In this document: one piece after another, positions 9,688 through 18,283 of the stretch
Position numbering within the stretch: position 1 is the first letter of the stretch
Layout: each line of letters opens with the position of its first letter
Assembly: GCA_017517705.1 (NCBI GenBank)
Contig: JAFWYM010000024.1
Location: 9,800-73,799, forward strand
Reading direction: 5' to 3'
From: Alistipes sp.
Lineage (GTDB): Bacteria; Bacteroidota; Bacteroidia; Bacteroidales; Rikenellaceae
DNA: 64,000 nucleotides
Position numbers and translations under genes: made by a program
Notes under the pieces: generated by a model
Databases searched by the model: none
Told to the model about the DNA's origin: nothing
What the model saw: the letters and a program-made list of their open reading frames with translations, nothing else

Positions 9688-10719
9688 ATGGTATGGTGGC
9701 GTAGAGATAGAGTAAAGCTTGGCGTTGCGGTATTCGAGCTGACGGATGCCTGCAATCAGGCGTGCAGGTTCTGCTACAACTACTTCAAGGGCGACGCAAG
9801 CCCCAGAGCCATAGCACCTCCCGACTACCGTCAGGCGCGCCATACGCTGAAGCAACTGCTCCGACAGGCCGAGATAGGCTCCATATCCTTCTCCGGTGGC
9901 GAACCCATGCTTATGCCCAAGGTTCACGACCTCGCACTCAAAGCGCGCTTCGGTGGTGCCAATGTCAACATACTGACAAATGGAACTCTCCTCACGGAGA
10001 ACGATATAGCCATCTTCAACGATATAGGCATAGGCAAGATGCAGATACCCATCCTTGCTGACTGTGCCACCATCCACGACAGTATCACGCAGCGCGTGGG
10101 CACGTGGGAGAGGGCCATGCGTGCGGCACGCAACGTGGCAGCAACAAAGGGCGAGTGGCTCGTACCCGTAATGATACTCAGCCGCTTGAACATAGAGCGC
10201 ATCGAGGCAACAATGGTATTATACAAGGAGCTGGGTGCAAGCCTCGTGATGGTCAACCGCTTCAACATCGGTGGTCTGGGCAAGCATCACACCGCGGAAC
10301 TAAGCCTCAGCCACGAGGAGCTGCGCGATGCCTTCCGCCGTGTCGACAAGAGTGCGGGAGAGCTTGGCATGAAGGTTCATAGCGGGGTATGTACGCCAAT
10401 GTGCATCCTCGACCCTCGGGAGTACCCCAACATTATGTTTACGCACTGCTCCACGGACTTCAGCCAGCGACCACTAACGATAAACTATCGTGGCGAGGTG
10501 CGCTTCTGCAACCACTCGCCACGCATATTGGGCAATATACACGAAGAGAGTCTCGGCAGCATCATAGAGCGCGCCAACGGCGACAGCTATTTTGCCACCA
10601 CACCCTCACGATGTGCCGACTGCAAGCTATGGGAGCGGTGCCGCGGAGGATGTCGCGCGGCAGCCGAACAGCTATACGGCACCTTCGACAGAGCCGACCC
10701 CGTAATGGATATTACGTAA
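9688..10719 (+). CDS. Radical SAM/SPASM-domain protein (rSAM-A)
   Basis: CNQACRFC (CxxxCxxC), SGGEP, LTNG; SPASM-type cysteines THCST...EVRFC and CADCKLWERCRGGC. Confidence 0.92.
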   Translation: MVWWRRDRVKLGVAVFELTDACNQACRFCYNYFKGDASPRAIAPPDYRQARHTLKQLLRQAEIGSISFSGGEPMLMPKVHDLALKARFGGANVNILTNGTLLTENDIAIFNDIGIGKMQIPILADCATIHDSITQRVGTWERAMRAARNVAATKGEWLVPVMILSRLNIERIEATMVLYKELGASLVMVNRFNIGGLGKHHTAELSLSHEELRDAFRRVDKSAGELGMKVHSGVCTPMCILDPREYPNIMFTHCSTDFSQRPLTINYRGEVRFCNHSPRILGNIHEESLGSIIERANGDSYFATTPSRCADCKLWERCRGGCRAAAEQLYGTFDRADPVMDIT

Positions 10720-10820
10720 CACTGTAACTTATAACAGCACAACCCGGGGCGGCGTTAACGGGAGCGATGTGATACAAATAAAAAAGGGTGCCGACAATAG
10801 GTAATAATAGAAAAAAACAC

Positions 10821-10828
10821 TATCTTTG
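10821..10828 (+). promoter_or_regulatory. Bacteroidetes -7 element for the lipoprotein x3 / rSAM-B operon
   Basis: TATCTTTG, exact TAnnTTTG match, about 105 nt upstream of ATG 10935. Confidence 0.7.
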
Positions 10829-10934
10829 TGATTGTAAGGTTTTAAGATAACGTAACGGCCCAGCGTAAGGAGGCATTTGCCACGATTAAATTGTGAATAA
10901 ACAAATAAAGATCTACCAATTAACACTATAGAGT

Positions 10935-11390
10935 ATGAAGAGGTTGATATATTTTTTAATGACGCTTCTGGGCTTTGGCGCATCGGGGTGTGCCTATCAG
11001 GCTCCTATAGATGATGTGGTTGCCGAGTATGGCTGTCCGCATGTTGAGTTCCACCTCTCGGCACGTGTCGTAGATGAGACCGGAACACCGATCAAGGGCA
11101 TCGAAGTATACTGCGATGGCATACCCTTGGGCTACGAAAACAACACCTCGGATAGCGAGGGTAACATAAACGTTGTCGATGCCTACGTATGGCCTGGGGC
11201 ACAGTTCGAGGTGGAGTTTGTCGACCCTGATGGGATGGAGAATGGTGGCGACTTCGAGACTCTCACGCTCGACATCACCGACAAGGTTGAGCAGGTAGAG
11301 GAGAGTAGCGGCAACTGGTACGGGGGTGGCTTCCGCGCTGAGCTTGGCGAGGTTACACTTCACAAAAAAGATAGTGAGGTAAACAACTAA
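10935..11390 (+). CDS. Radical SAM-associated putative lipoprotein 1 (TIGR04134-like)
   Basis: Signal peptide with lipobox ASGC; AEYGCP, RVVDETGTPIKGIEV, FVDPDGMENGGDF, C-terminal LGEVTL; paralog of the next two genes. Confidence 0.8.
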   Translation: MKRLIYFLMTLLGFGASGCAYQAPIDDVVAEYGCPHVEFHLSARVVDETGTPIKGIEVYCDGIPLGYENNTSDSEGNINVVDAYVWPGAQFEVEFVDPDGMENGGDFETLTLDITDKVEQVEESSGNWYGGGFRAELGEVTLHKKDSEVNN

Positions 11391-11403
11391 TAATAAAACG
11401 ATT

Positions 11404-11844
11404 GTGAAACGATTGATCTATTTTCTGATGGCGATGCTCGGCTTCGGTGCAGTTAGTTGTGAAGAACTTGAAGGGGGCGGTAATTTGGATGCCTATGGCA
11501 CGCCGTACTCTGTGTTTAGGGTATCGCTGCGCGTAGTCGATGGCGAGAGAAATCCCATCCCGGGCATTCAGGTATCTGCGAAAAATGACTACAACACCAA
11601 GCCCCTCGCGACAACAAACGAGGAGGGTCGCCTGGAGGGCACATATAACAGTGTTTCGACGATGAATTACATCAATTTCTTGGATACTGATGGTGAGGCC
11701 AATGGCGGCTGGTTCGAGCCTCTGTCGATGAACGTTGGCGATAAGATCGTAAAGGTTAAGGATGGCGAAGGCTGGTGTAGAGGCGAGTATGAAGTGACGC
11801 TCGGCGACGTCACCTTAGATCTAAAAGGAGGAGAGCACAAATAA
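11404..11844 (+). CDS. Radical SAM-associated putative lipoprotein 2 (TIGR04134-like)
   Basis: GTG start; lipobox AVSC; DAYGTP, RVVDGERNPIPGIQV, FLDTDGEANGGWF, LGDVTL. Confidence 0.8.
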   Translation: MKRLIYFLMAMLGFGAVSCEELEGGGNLDAYGTPYSVFRVSLRVVDGERNPIPGIQVSAKNDYNTKPLATTNEEGRLEGTYNSVSTMNYINFLDTDGEANGGWFEPLSMNVGDKIVKVKDGEGWCRGEYEVTLGDVTLDLKGGEHK

Positions 11845-11862
11845 CGAATAAACAATACAGCT

Positions 11863-12216
11863 ATGTCACTTATTGGCAAGATTTTAACACGACTATTTGC
11901 ACTCTTTGGGATGACCCTCACGTGCGTGGCGTGCTACGGCATCCCCGAGGCGGAGTTTCACCCTGAGTTTGGAGCTTCGGGGCGCGTTGTGGACCCCGAG
12001 GGTAATGGCATCGAGGGCATCGAGGTGTCGATTGAGAGATCGGTCACAACCTCCGACCAGAGTGGCTGGTTTTATATCGACGGCGACACCCCCGAGGTGC
12101 TCTTCCGCGACATCGATGGCGAGGCTCATGGCGGGGAGTTCGAGGAGCTGAGGATAGAGATAGGGACGGTGAACAACGTCGTCGAGCTCGGCGACGTGGA
12201 ACTAAAGCGCAAGTAG
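11863..12216 (+). CDS. Radical SAM-associated putative lipoprotein 3 (TIGR04134-like, short form)
   Basis: Signal peptide ending LTCVAC followed by YGIP; RVVDPEGNGIEGIEV, FRDIDGEAHGGEF, LGDVEL. Confidence 0.78.
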   Translation: MSLIGKILTRLFALFGMTLTCVACYGIPEAEFHPEFGASGRVVDPEGNGIEGIEVSIERSVTTSDQSGWFYIDGDTPEVLFRDIDGEAHGGEFEELRIEIGTVNNVVELGDVELKRK

Positions 12217-12220
12217 GTGT

Positions 12221-13297
12221 ATGGGCAAGCGATTAGGTGTGCGCCAATGGATTGCGCTCAAGCTATTCAAGAAGTTACGACAGATACGTCGAGAGGAGCA
12301 TGTGCTCAACACGCTCTTCTGGGAGTGTACGTTGCGCTGCAACCTCAAGTGCCGCCACTGTGGTAGCGACTGCACGGTAGACCCCGCGATGAAGGATATG
12401 CCTGCCAAGGATTTCTTTCGTGTCTTAGACAACGAGATTACGCCCCACGTAAACCCCAATAAGGTGCTCATCATCCTCTCGGGTGGCGAGGTTCTCGTGC
12501 GCAAGGATCTCGAGGAGATAGGCATCAACCTCTACCGTCGTGGCTATCCGTGGGGTATGGTCACAAATGGTCTCGGCCTCACGCGCGAGAGGCTCAACTC
12601 GCTCATACGCTCGGGTCTGCACTCCATAACAGTGTCGCTCGATGGCTTCGAAGAAGAGCACCTCCACATACGTCAACATCGCGATAGCTTCGCACGTGCC
12701 GTAGAGGCTGTGCGCATGATCTCGGCAGATAAGGAGCTCGCCTCGGATGTGGTCACCTGCGTGACTCCCGCCCTTATGCCTAAGCTCGCGGAGTTCAAGG
12801 AGTTTCTCTACTCGCTCGGTGTGCGTCGCTGGCGACTATTCACCATCTTTCCCGTAGGCCGTGCCGCTGCCGATCCCACGCTGCAACTCAACGACGAAGA
12901 GTTTACCGCGCTGATGCAGTTTATCGAGACAACACGCAAGGAGGGACGTATCATGGCGTCGTACGGCTGCGAGGGCTTCCTTGGTGGCTATGAGATGCGT
13001 GTGAGGACAAACCCCTTTGAGTGCTATGCGGGCGTTGGCGTGGCGTCGATACGCGTCAATGGCGACATCTCGGGATGTACGAGCGTGAGGGCCAACTTCA
13101 CGCAGGGCAACATCTACCGCGACAACTTCTGGGATGTATGGCAAAACCGCTTTGAGAAGTTCCGCAACCGCGCGTGGGCTAAGCGTGGCAAGTGCGCCGA
13201 GTGTAAGATGTGGCAGTACTGCGAAGGTAACGGCATGCACCTCTACGACGACGATGGCAACCTGCTGGTATGCCACTATCAGCGACTACGCAGATAG
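12221..13297 (+). CDS. Radical SAM/SPASM enzyme, rSAM/lipoprotein system (TIGR04133-like; rSAM-B)
   Basis: CNLKCRHC, SGGE, MVTNG; SPASM-type CYAG...GDISGC and CAECKMWQYCEGNGMH; lies directly after three lipoprotein genes. TIGR assignment is from memory, not searched. Confidence 0.88.
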   Translation: MGKRLGVRQWIALKLFKKLRQIRREEHVLNTLFWECTLRCNLKCRHCGSDCTVDPAMKDMPAKDFFRVLDNEITPHVNPNKVLIILSGGEVLVRKDLEEIGINLYRRGYPWGMVTNGLGLTRERLNSLIRSGLHSITVSLDGFEEEHLHIRQHRDSFARAVEAVRMISADKELASDVVTCVTPALMPKLAEFKEFLYSLGVRRWRLFTIFPVGRAAADPTLQLNDEEFTALMQFIETTRKEGRIMASYGCEGFLGGYEMRVRTNPFECYAGVGVASIRVNGDISGCTSVRANFTQGNIYRDNFWDVWQNRFEKFRNRAWAKRGKCAECKMWQYCEGNGMHLYDDDGNLLVCHYQRLRR

Positions 13298-13374
13298 CCG
13301 ATAGTTGGTGGCGAGCAACTATTATCCTTGGCACCACCTTCACGACATACCACTACCCCATATCCCCCGGTCTA

Positions 13375-13412
13375 TTCCTCGCCTACTTCCCCTATGGGGA
13401 AGATGCGAGGAA
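13375..13412 (+). terminator. Probable terminator of the rSAM-B operon
   Basis: Nested stems TTCCTCGC/GCGAGGAA and CTTCCCC/GGGGAAG, about 80 nt after the stop codon. Confidence 0.6.
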
Positions 13413-13647
13413 TCATTTTACCCCAAAAATGAGTCATTTCACGGAAATTTTCGGGATAAGTTGCTATTTTTTGCAATTTATTCACTATCTTGCACCCGAA
13501 TATGGTGCGTCCGAGCGTTGATACTTAGGGGCGAGTTGCAGTCGGGCTGTGGCTGTGGCCGTCACCGTGGGGGGCTCTACCTCAAGATAACACTTGGCAA
13601 ACCATTGAGCATAAGGATATTATTAACTTAAAACTTCTTATAGGATT

Positions 13648-14130
13648 ATGAAAAAGATTATGTTTTTGATGCTCGCCCTCTTCGTGGGCTTCAGCGCATC
13701 GGCACAGTCAATGCCCGACGTAAAGGTTGAGAACCAGGAGGGTAAGATTATCTCTACACGCGACTTGGTGGATGGCACACCTATGATCATCTCATTCTGG
13801 TCGACAACGTGCAAGCCCTGCATCATGGAGCTTAACGCCATCAACGACAACCTCTACGACTGGCTCGAGGAGGTAGACATGAAGGTTGTTGCCGTATCTG
13901 TTGACGATGCACGTGCCATCAGCCGTGCCCGCGCGATGACACAGGGTCAGGGCTGGGACGACTATACATGTATCTACGACAAGAACCAGGACTTCAAGCG
14001 CGCCATGAACGTGAGCCTCACGCCCCACACCTTCATCGTTGACGGCAAGGGTAACGTGGTATACTCTCACTCGGGCTACACTCCCGGTAGCGAGCAGGAG
14101 CTCTTTGAGAAGATCAAGGCGTTGAAATAG
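13648..14130 (+). CDS. Exported TlpA/AhpC-TSA-like thioredoxin-fold disulfide reductase
   Basis: Signal peptide (ASA-Q), SFWSTTCKPC (CxxC), cis-Pro region LTPHTFIVD. Confidence 0.9.
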   Translation: MKKIMFLMLALFVGFSASAQSMPDVKVENQEGKIISTRDLVDGTPMIISFWSTTCKPCIMELNAINDNLYDWLEEVDMKVVAVSVDDARAISRARAMTQGQGWDDYTCIYDKNQDFKRAMNVSLTPHTFIVDGKGNVVYSHSGYTPGSEQELFEKIKALK

Positions 14131-14204
14131 TTGCAATGCGAGCAGATGTGGCAGCCGAGTGTTGCCACCTCTGCTTTGAACATTAATCGAAAAAACTTTA
14201 CGGA

Positions 14205-15905
14205 ATGAAGAAATTTTTACTCACATTTAGCATAGTTGTTGCATCTATGTTCGCCGCCGAGGAGGCTGCAGCGCAGATCAAGGCCGGCGAGGGTCAGGTG
14301 TCGATATCGTTGGAGAGTAACAATATCTTGTACTTCAACGACAAGAACCTCATAGAGTTCAACAGCAAAAACGAGCGCGAGAAGCCCTTTGGATCTATCG
14401 ACTACCTAAAGGTTGACTACTCGAAGGGACGCTTCTCGGCAGGTGTGCAGATTGACGGTTACCTGCCCTCACTCAGCGGTTACGACATCACCGAGTACCA
14501 AAAATCGCAGCTTCAGGGCTTTGGCGATAAGGCTACGCCCGTAACGGCATTCTTCACCAAGTATATCCAGTGGGAGGATCAGAACTGGGGTGTGCGCCTT
14601 GGCGATATATACGACCAGTTTGGCAATGGACTCATCTTCCGTGCATACGAGGAGCGCGCCTTGGCCTTCAACAATGCGTTGGCAGGTGCCCGCGCATACT
14701 ACAACCTCAACAACTATTTTAACGTGAAGGTTGTTGCCGGTATGCCTCGCTTGTACGATATGCGCGTACCCAACTGGATCTATGGTGCCGACCTCTCGCT
14801 CTCGCTCTCGGATATCATCGGCTGGAACAATGGCTTGGTGTCGGTTGAGGGTAGCTACGTGGGTCGCAACCAGAAAGATGCAACAAAGTTGGGATTGGAG
14901 AGCGACTACCTCAATATGCTCTCTGGCCGCCTAAACTTCGAGACTGCAGGTTTCACCTTCCGTGGTGAGTATGTGGCAAAGTTGAACGAGGATATCCACA
15001 ATCGCATGTGGCCGGCAAGCAAGGGTCACGTGGCACACGTCGACCTCGGCTACAACTACAAGCGTTTCTCAGCCTCTGCCACATTCCGCTATCAGAAGAA
15101 CATGAACACCCCGATATTGGTCTCGATGAATAACCTCTATGGCGGTAATGTTATGAGCTACATTCCGTTGCTCACACGCCAGCATACATATATGCTTGCT
15201 AACCTCAATCCCTACCGTGGCACTACGGTATTTACCGCGGGTGAGATTGGCGGTCAGGCCGACGTCTACTACTCGTTGCGCAACAAGAAGGCTCGTGGCA
15301 AGTATTGGAACTTCCACGCCAACATCTCTGTGTTTAACACCATAAAGCACAAGATGAATGGTAAAGGCAAAACGATTGATGGCCGTAATGCCTGGATCGA
15401 CTTCAACTTCGATGTTGAGCGACAGTGGAACAAGAGCCTCAAGACAACATTCCTCTACTCATTCCAGCGTTGGGACGAGTCTCTCAACCACTGGGACTCG
15501 GAGGCGATCTCTGCAGAGTATTGCGCTTCGCACATCTTCGTGGGCGATGTAACATATAAGTTTAACAAGAAGCACTCGTTGCGTGTCGAGGCTCAGTACC
15601 TTGCCTCTGACGACTACGAGGGCGACTGGGTAGCAGGCTTGGTAGAGTATAACTTTGCACCTATGTTCAGTTTCTACGTTAGCGATATGTGGAACTGCGA
15701 AAAGATGGAGGCGAACTACAACTCTAACACCGACAAGAACTACCTACTCCACTACTATCAGGTGGGTATGACATTCACACACAGCCACTACAGAGCACAG
15801 TTGGCATACGGTCGTAATCGTGCCGGTTACGTATGTTCGGGAGGTGCATGTCGCTACCAGCCCGCATATACGGGTGTAAACCTTGCGCTAACTATTACAT
15901 TCTAA
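14205..15905 (+). CDS. Outer-membrane beta-barrel protein (DUF6029-like) with a C-terminal CSGGAC motif
   Basis: Signal peptide, alternating amphipathic strands, terminal Phe (NLALTITF), GYVCSGGACRYQP near the C-terminus. Family name from memory. Confidence 0.75.
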   Translation: MKKFLLTFSIVVASMFAAEEAAAQIKAGEGQVSISLESNNILYFNDKNLIEFNSKNEREKPFGSIDYLKVDYSKGRFSAGVQIDGYLPSLSGYDITEYQKSQLQGFGDKATPVTAFFTKYIQWEDQNWGVRLGDIYDQFGNGLIFRAYEERALAFNNALAGARAYYNLNNYFNVKVVAGMPRLYDMRVPNWIYGADLSLSLSDIIGWNNGLVSVEGSYVGRNQKDATKLGLESDYLNMLSGRLNFETAGFTFRGEYVAKLNEDIHNRMWPASKGHVAHVDLGYNYKRFSASATFRYQKNMNTPILVSMNNLYGGNVMSYIPLLTRQHTYMLANLNPYRGTTVFTAGEIGGQADVYYSLRNKKARGKYWNFHANISVFNTIKHKMNGKGKTIDGRNAWIDFNFDVERQWNKSLKTTFLYSFQRWDESLNHWDSEAISAEYCASHIFVGDVTYKFNKKHSLRVEAQYLASDDYEGDWVAGLVEYNFAPMFSFYVSDMWNCEKMEANYNSNTDKNYLLHYYQVGMTFTHSHYRAQLAYGRNRAGYVCSGGACRYQPAYTGVNLALTITF

Positions 15906-15933
15906 CGAACAATAATTTAACCTGATTATAACA

Positions 15934-17022
15934 ATGAAAATCACAAAGTTTTTGGCGCTTATATGCGCTATGGCAACCCTCTTTGTTGGTTGCGAGGGTA
16001 ACGGCGGTGACGAGAACTCAGCCACAGGCAATGCGGTACTTACCGCCGATAAGGATGTTGCCGTTATGGGCGAGCCCATCACCTTCACCGTGACAAGCGA
16101 GGGTGCGGATGTTACTGCCGAGGCTAAGATATACAACAAGGCAACATACAAGGAGGTGAGCAACCCTTTCGTGAGTGATGTAGATGGTAAGTATGAGTTC
16201 TATGCCGTATATGGCACGTCTATTACGAAGAGCATCGAAATCTCTGTTGTACCCTCAATCCCCGTACTCCCTGAGGATGAGGAGCCCACAAATACGACAT
16301 TCAACCACCGCATTCTCTTGGTTGACCACACGGGTACGAAGTGTGGCTATTGCCCACAGATGATGGCTGCACTCCGCAAGGTTGCTGCCGACGACAATTA
16401 TCACGACAAATTCTACGAGGCTATGGCGCACACCTACAATAGCGACGACCCCTCGTGGTCGCGCTCTGCAGAGGTTGTCACATCGCACTATGGTAGCCTT
16501 ATTAATGGTTATCCCTCGCTCACATTCAACTTCTACCACCCTATTCCGGGCGAGAGAAATGACAAGAGCATCAAGTTGCAGATCGACGCATTGTGGAAGG
16601 CTGATGGTGCCGATGCAGGTGTGATGGCAGCCGCGACAGGTGGCAATACCATGGTAGCTGTGAAGGCCCAGGTTAAGGCAAAGGTAGCCGGCGACTATCG
16701 TGTAACAGCTTGGCTGTTGGAGGATAATATCTATGCGCAGCAAGCTGGCACTACAGACGAGTCATACTACACACATAACAACTCTATCCGCCATATTGCC
16801 ATATCTAATCCTATCACAGGCTTCGACCTCGGCACCATCGAGGCCGGTGCAACAGCCGAGAAGGAGATGGCCTTGGAGATTCAGAGCCTAAAGTGGGCAA
16901 ACGAGAACCTCAAGGTTATGGTTATCGCCACGGTATACAATAGCAGCACCAAAAATTATGACGTAGCGAACATCGCCATCTGCCCCATCAACGGCTCGGT
17001 TAAGTACGACTACAAGAAGTAA
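15934..17022 (+). CDS. Omp28-related thioredoxin-like outer-membrane lipoprotein 1
   Basis: Lipobox FVGC; ILLVDHTGTKCGYCP, GYPS cis-Pro, WLLEDNI, HNNSIR. Confidence 0.85.
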   Translation: MKITKFLALICAMATLFVGCEGNGGDENSATGNAVLTADKDVAVMGEPITFTVTSEGADVTAEAKIYNKATYKEVSNPFVSDVDGKYEFYAVYGTSITKSIEISVVPSIPVLPEDEEPTNTTFNHRILLVDHTGTKCGYCPQMMAALRKVAADDNYHDKFYEAMAHTYNSDDPSWSRSAEVVTSHYGSLINGYPSLTFNFYHPIPGERNDKSIKLQIDALWKADGADAGVMAAATGGNTMVAVKAQVKAKVAGDYRVTAWLLEDNIYAQQAGTTDESYYTHNNSIRHIAISNPITGFDLGTIEAGATAEKEMALEIQSLKWANENLKVMVIATVYNSSTKNYDVANIAICPINGSVKYDYKK

Positions 17023-17063
17023 TAAGTATAATCAGAATAAATCACTTAAAACTATTTATAACA

Positions 17064-18230
17064 ATGAAAATCACAAAGTTTTTCGCACTTATGTGTGCAG
17101 CTGCAGCCTTCGCTTTGGCAGGCTGCGAGGGCATCGAGGGTCCGTCTAATGACGGCGACAACAATGGTGGCAACAACAATGGCGGCAACAACAATGGCGG
17201 TGGAAACACTACCAGCGACCTCGTCCTCTCGGCTGAGGAGACTACGATAGCTCTTGGCGAGGATATTGTTCTCAACGTAACCGAGGGCGGTGTAGATGTT
17301 ACATCGGCAAGTGACTGCGTTATATACGACTACAAGACTATGGAGCCTGTCACAGGCAGCACACTGACACCCGACTCAACTGGTGTATACTCATTCTTCG
17401 CAACTAAGGGAAGCAAGTCATCTAACACGTTGTATGTAACCGTTTTGGCTAATGTTCCCACTCTTCCCGAGGATACAGATGCTGCAAATACCAAGTTCAA
17501 CCACCGTATCCTTATTGTAGACCACACGGGTATTAACTGTGGTAACTGCCCTAATATGATGGATAATCTCCTTGCATTGCACGATTCAGCGTGGAAAAAC
17601 AGCTACAATGAGGTAGCTTGCCACGGTGGTGGTTACGCTAATGGCGACCCCGCACGATCAGCCGCCGCAGCTGTTGTCGACGACTTCTACACGCCTAGTG
17701 GATACCCTGTGCTCAACGTTAACTTCTACAATGGCGTTGTAGAGAACTATTCAGGAGATTACTTCTTAGAGCTTATAGGCGAGAAGTTTACACAGCTTAT
17801 CAAGAAGGATGGTGCTGATGCAGGTATCGCTATTGCAACTACAGGAGATTCCACGACTGTATATGCATCGGTAGCAGTTAAGGCAGCTGTTGAGGCTGAG
17901 TACAAGGTTACTGCTTGGTTGCTCGAGAACAACATCTATGGTAATCAGTATGGCGCTTCTGAGGACTACCACAGAATCTACAACCACGCGTTGCGCAATA
18001 TTGGCGGACCATACTCTAAGTCAGACCTCTCAGGTAACTCTGTTGGCATAATCAAGGCCGGTGAGACCGCCGAGACAGGTTTCGAGATGGAAGTAAAATC
18101 TGGCTGGAAGCACGAGAATATGGAAGTACTTGTAATCGTCAGCGCTAAGAATAAGTCTAACCGCTGGGAGGTTGTTAACACCGCTTTATGCCCTGTTAAC
18201 GAGTCTGTAGGCTTCGAGTACCTTCAGTAA
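17064..18230 (+). CDS. Omp28-related thioredoxin-like outer-membrane lipoprotein 2
   Basis: Lipobox LAGC; ILIVDHTGINCGNCP, SGYP, WLLENNI, YNHALR; tandem paralog of 15934-17022. Confidence 0.85.
   Translation: MKITKFFALMCAAAAFALAGCEGIEGPSNDGDNNGGNNNGGNNNGGGNTTSDLVLSAEETTIALGEDIVLNVTEGGVDVTSASDCVIYDYKTMEPVTGSTLTPDSTGVYSFFATKGSKSSNTLYVTVLANVPTLPEDTDAANTKFNHRILIVDHTGINCGNCPNMMDNLLALHDSAWKNSYNEVACHGGGYANGDPARSAAAAVVDDFYTPSGYPVLNVNFYNGVVENYSGDYFLELIGEKFTQLIKKDGADAGIAIATTGDSTTVYASVAVKAAVEAEYKVTAWLLENNIYGNQYGASEDYHRIYNHALRNIGGPYSKSDLSGNSVGIIKAGETAETGFEMEVKSGWKHENMEVLVIVSAKNKSNRWEVVNTALCPVNESVGFEYLQ
17154..17198 (+). repeat. 15-bp in-frame tandem repeat (3 copies) encoding a Gly/Asn linker
   Basis: GGCGACAACAATGGT, GGCAACAACAATGGC, GGCAACAACAATGGC, encoding GDNNG-GNNNG-GNNNG. 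Confidence 0.9.
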
Positions 18231-18283
18231 TATACACGGGGGCTGATTAAATTACTTCTTGTTCAGCCTCAATAGTATAGCAC

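Noticed and set aside
13305-13631. 108-aa ORF between rSAM-B and tlpA as a precursor peptide
   Set aside because: It spans a terminator hairpin and the next promoter, has atypical composition, and lacks a YG or CY motif.
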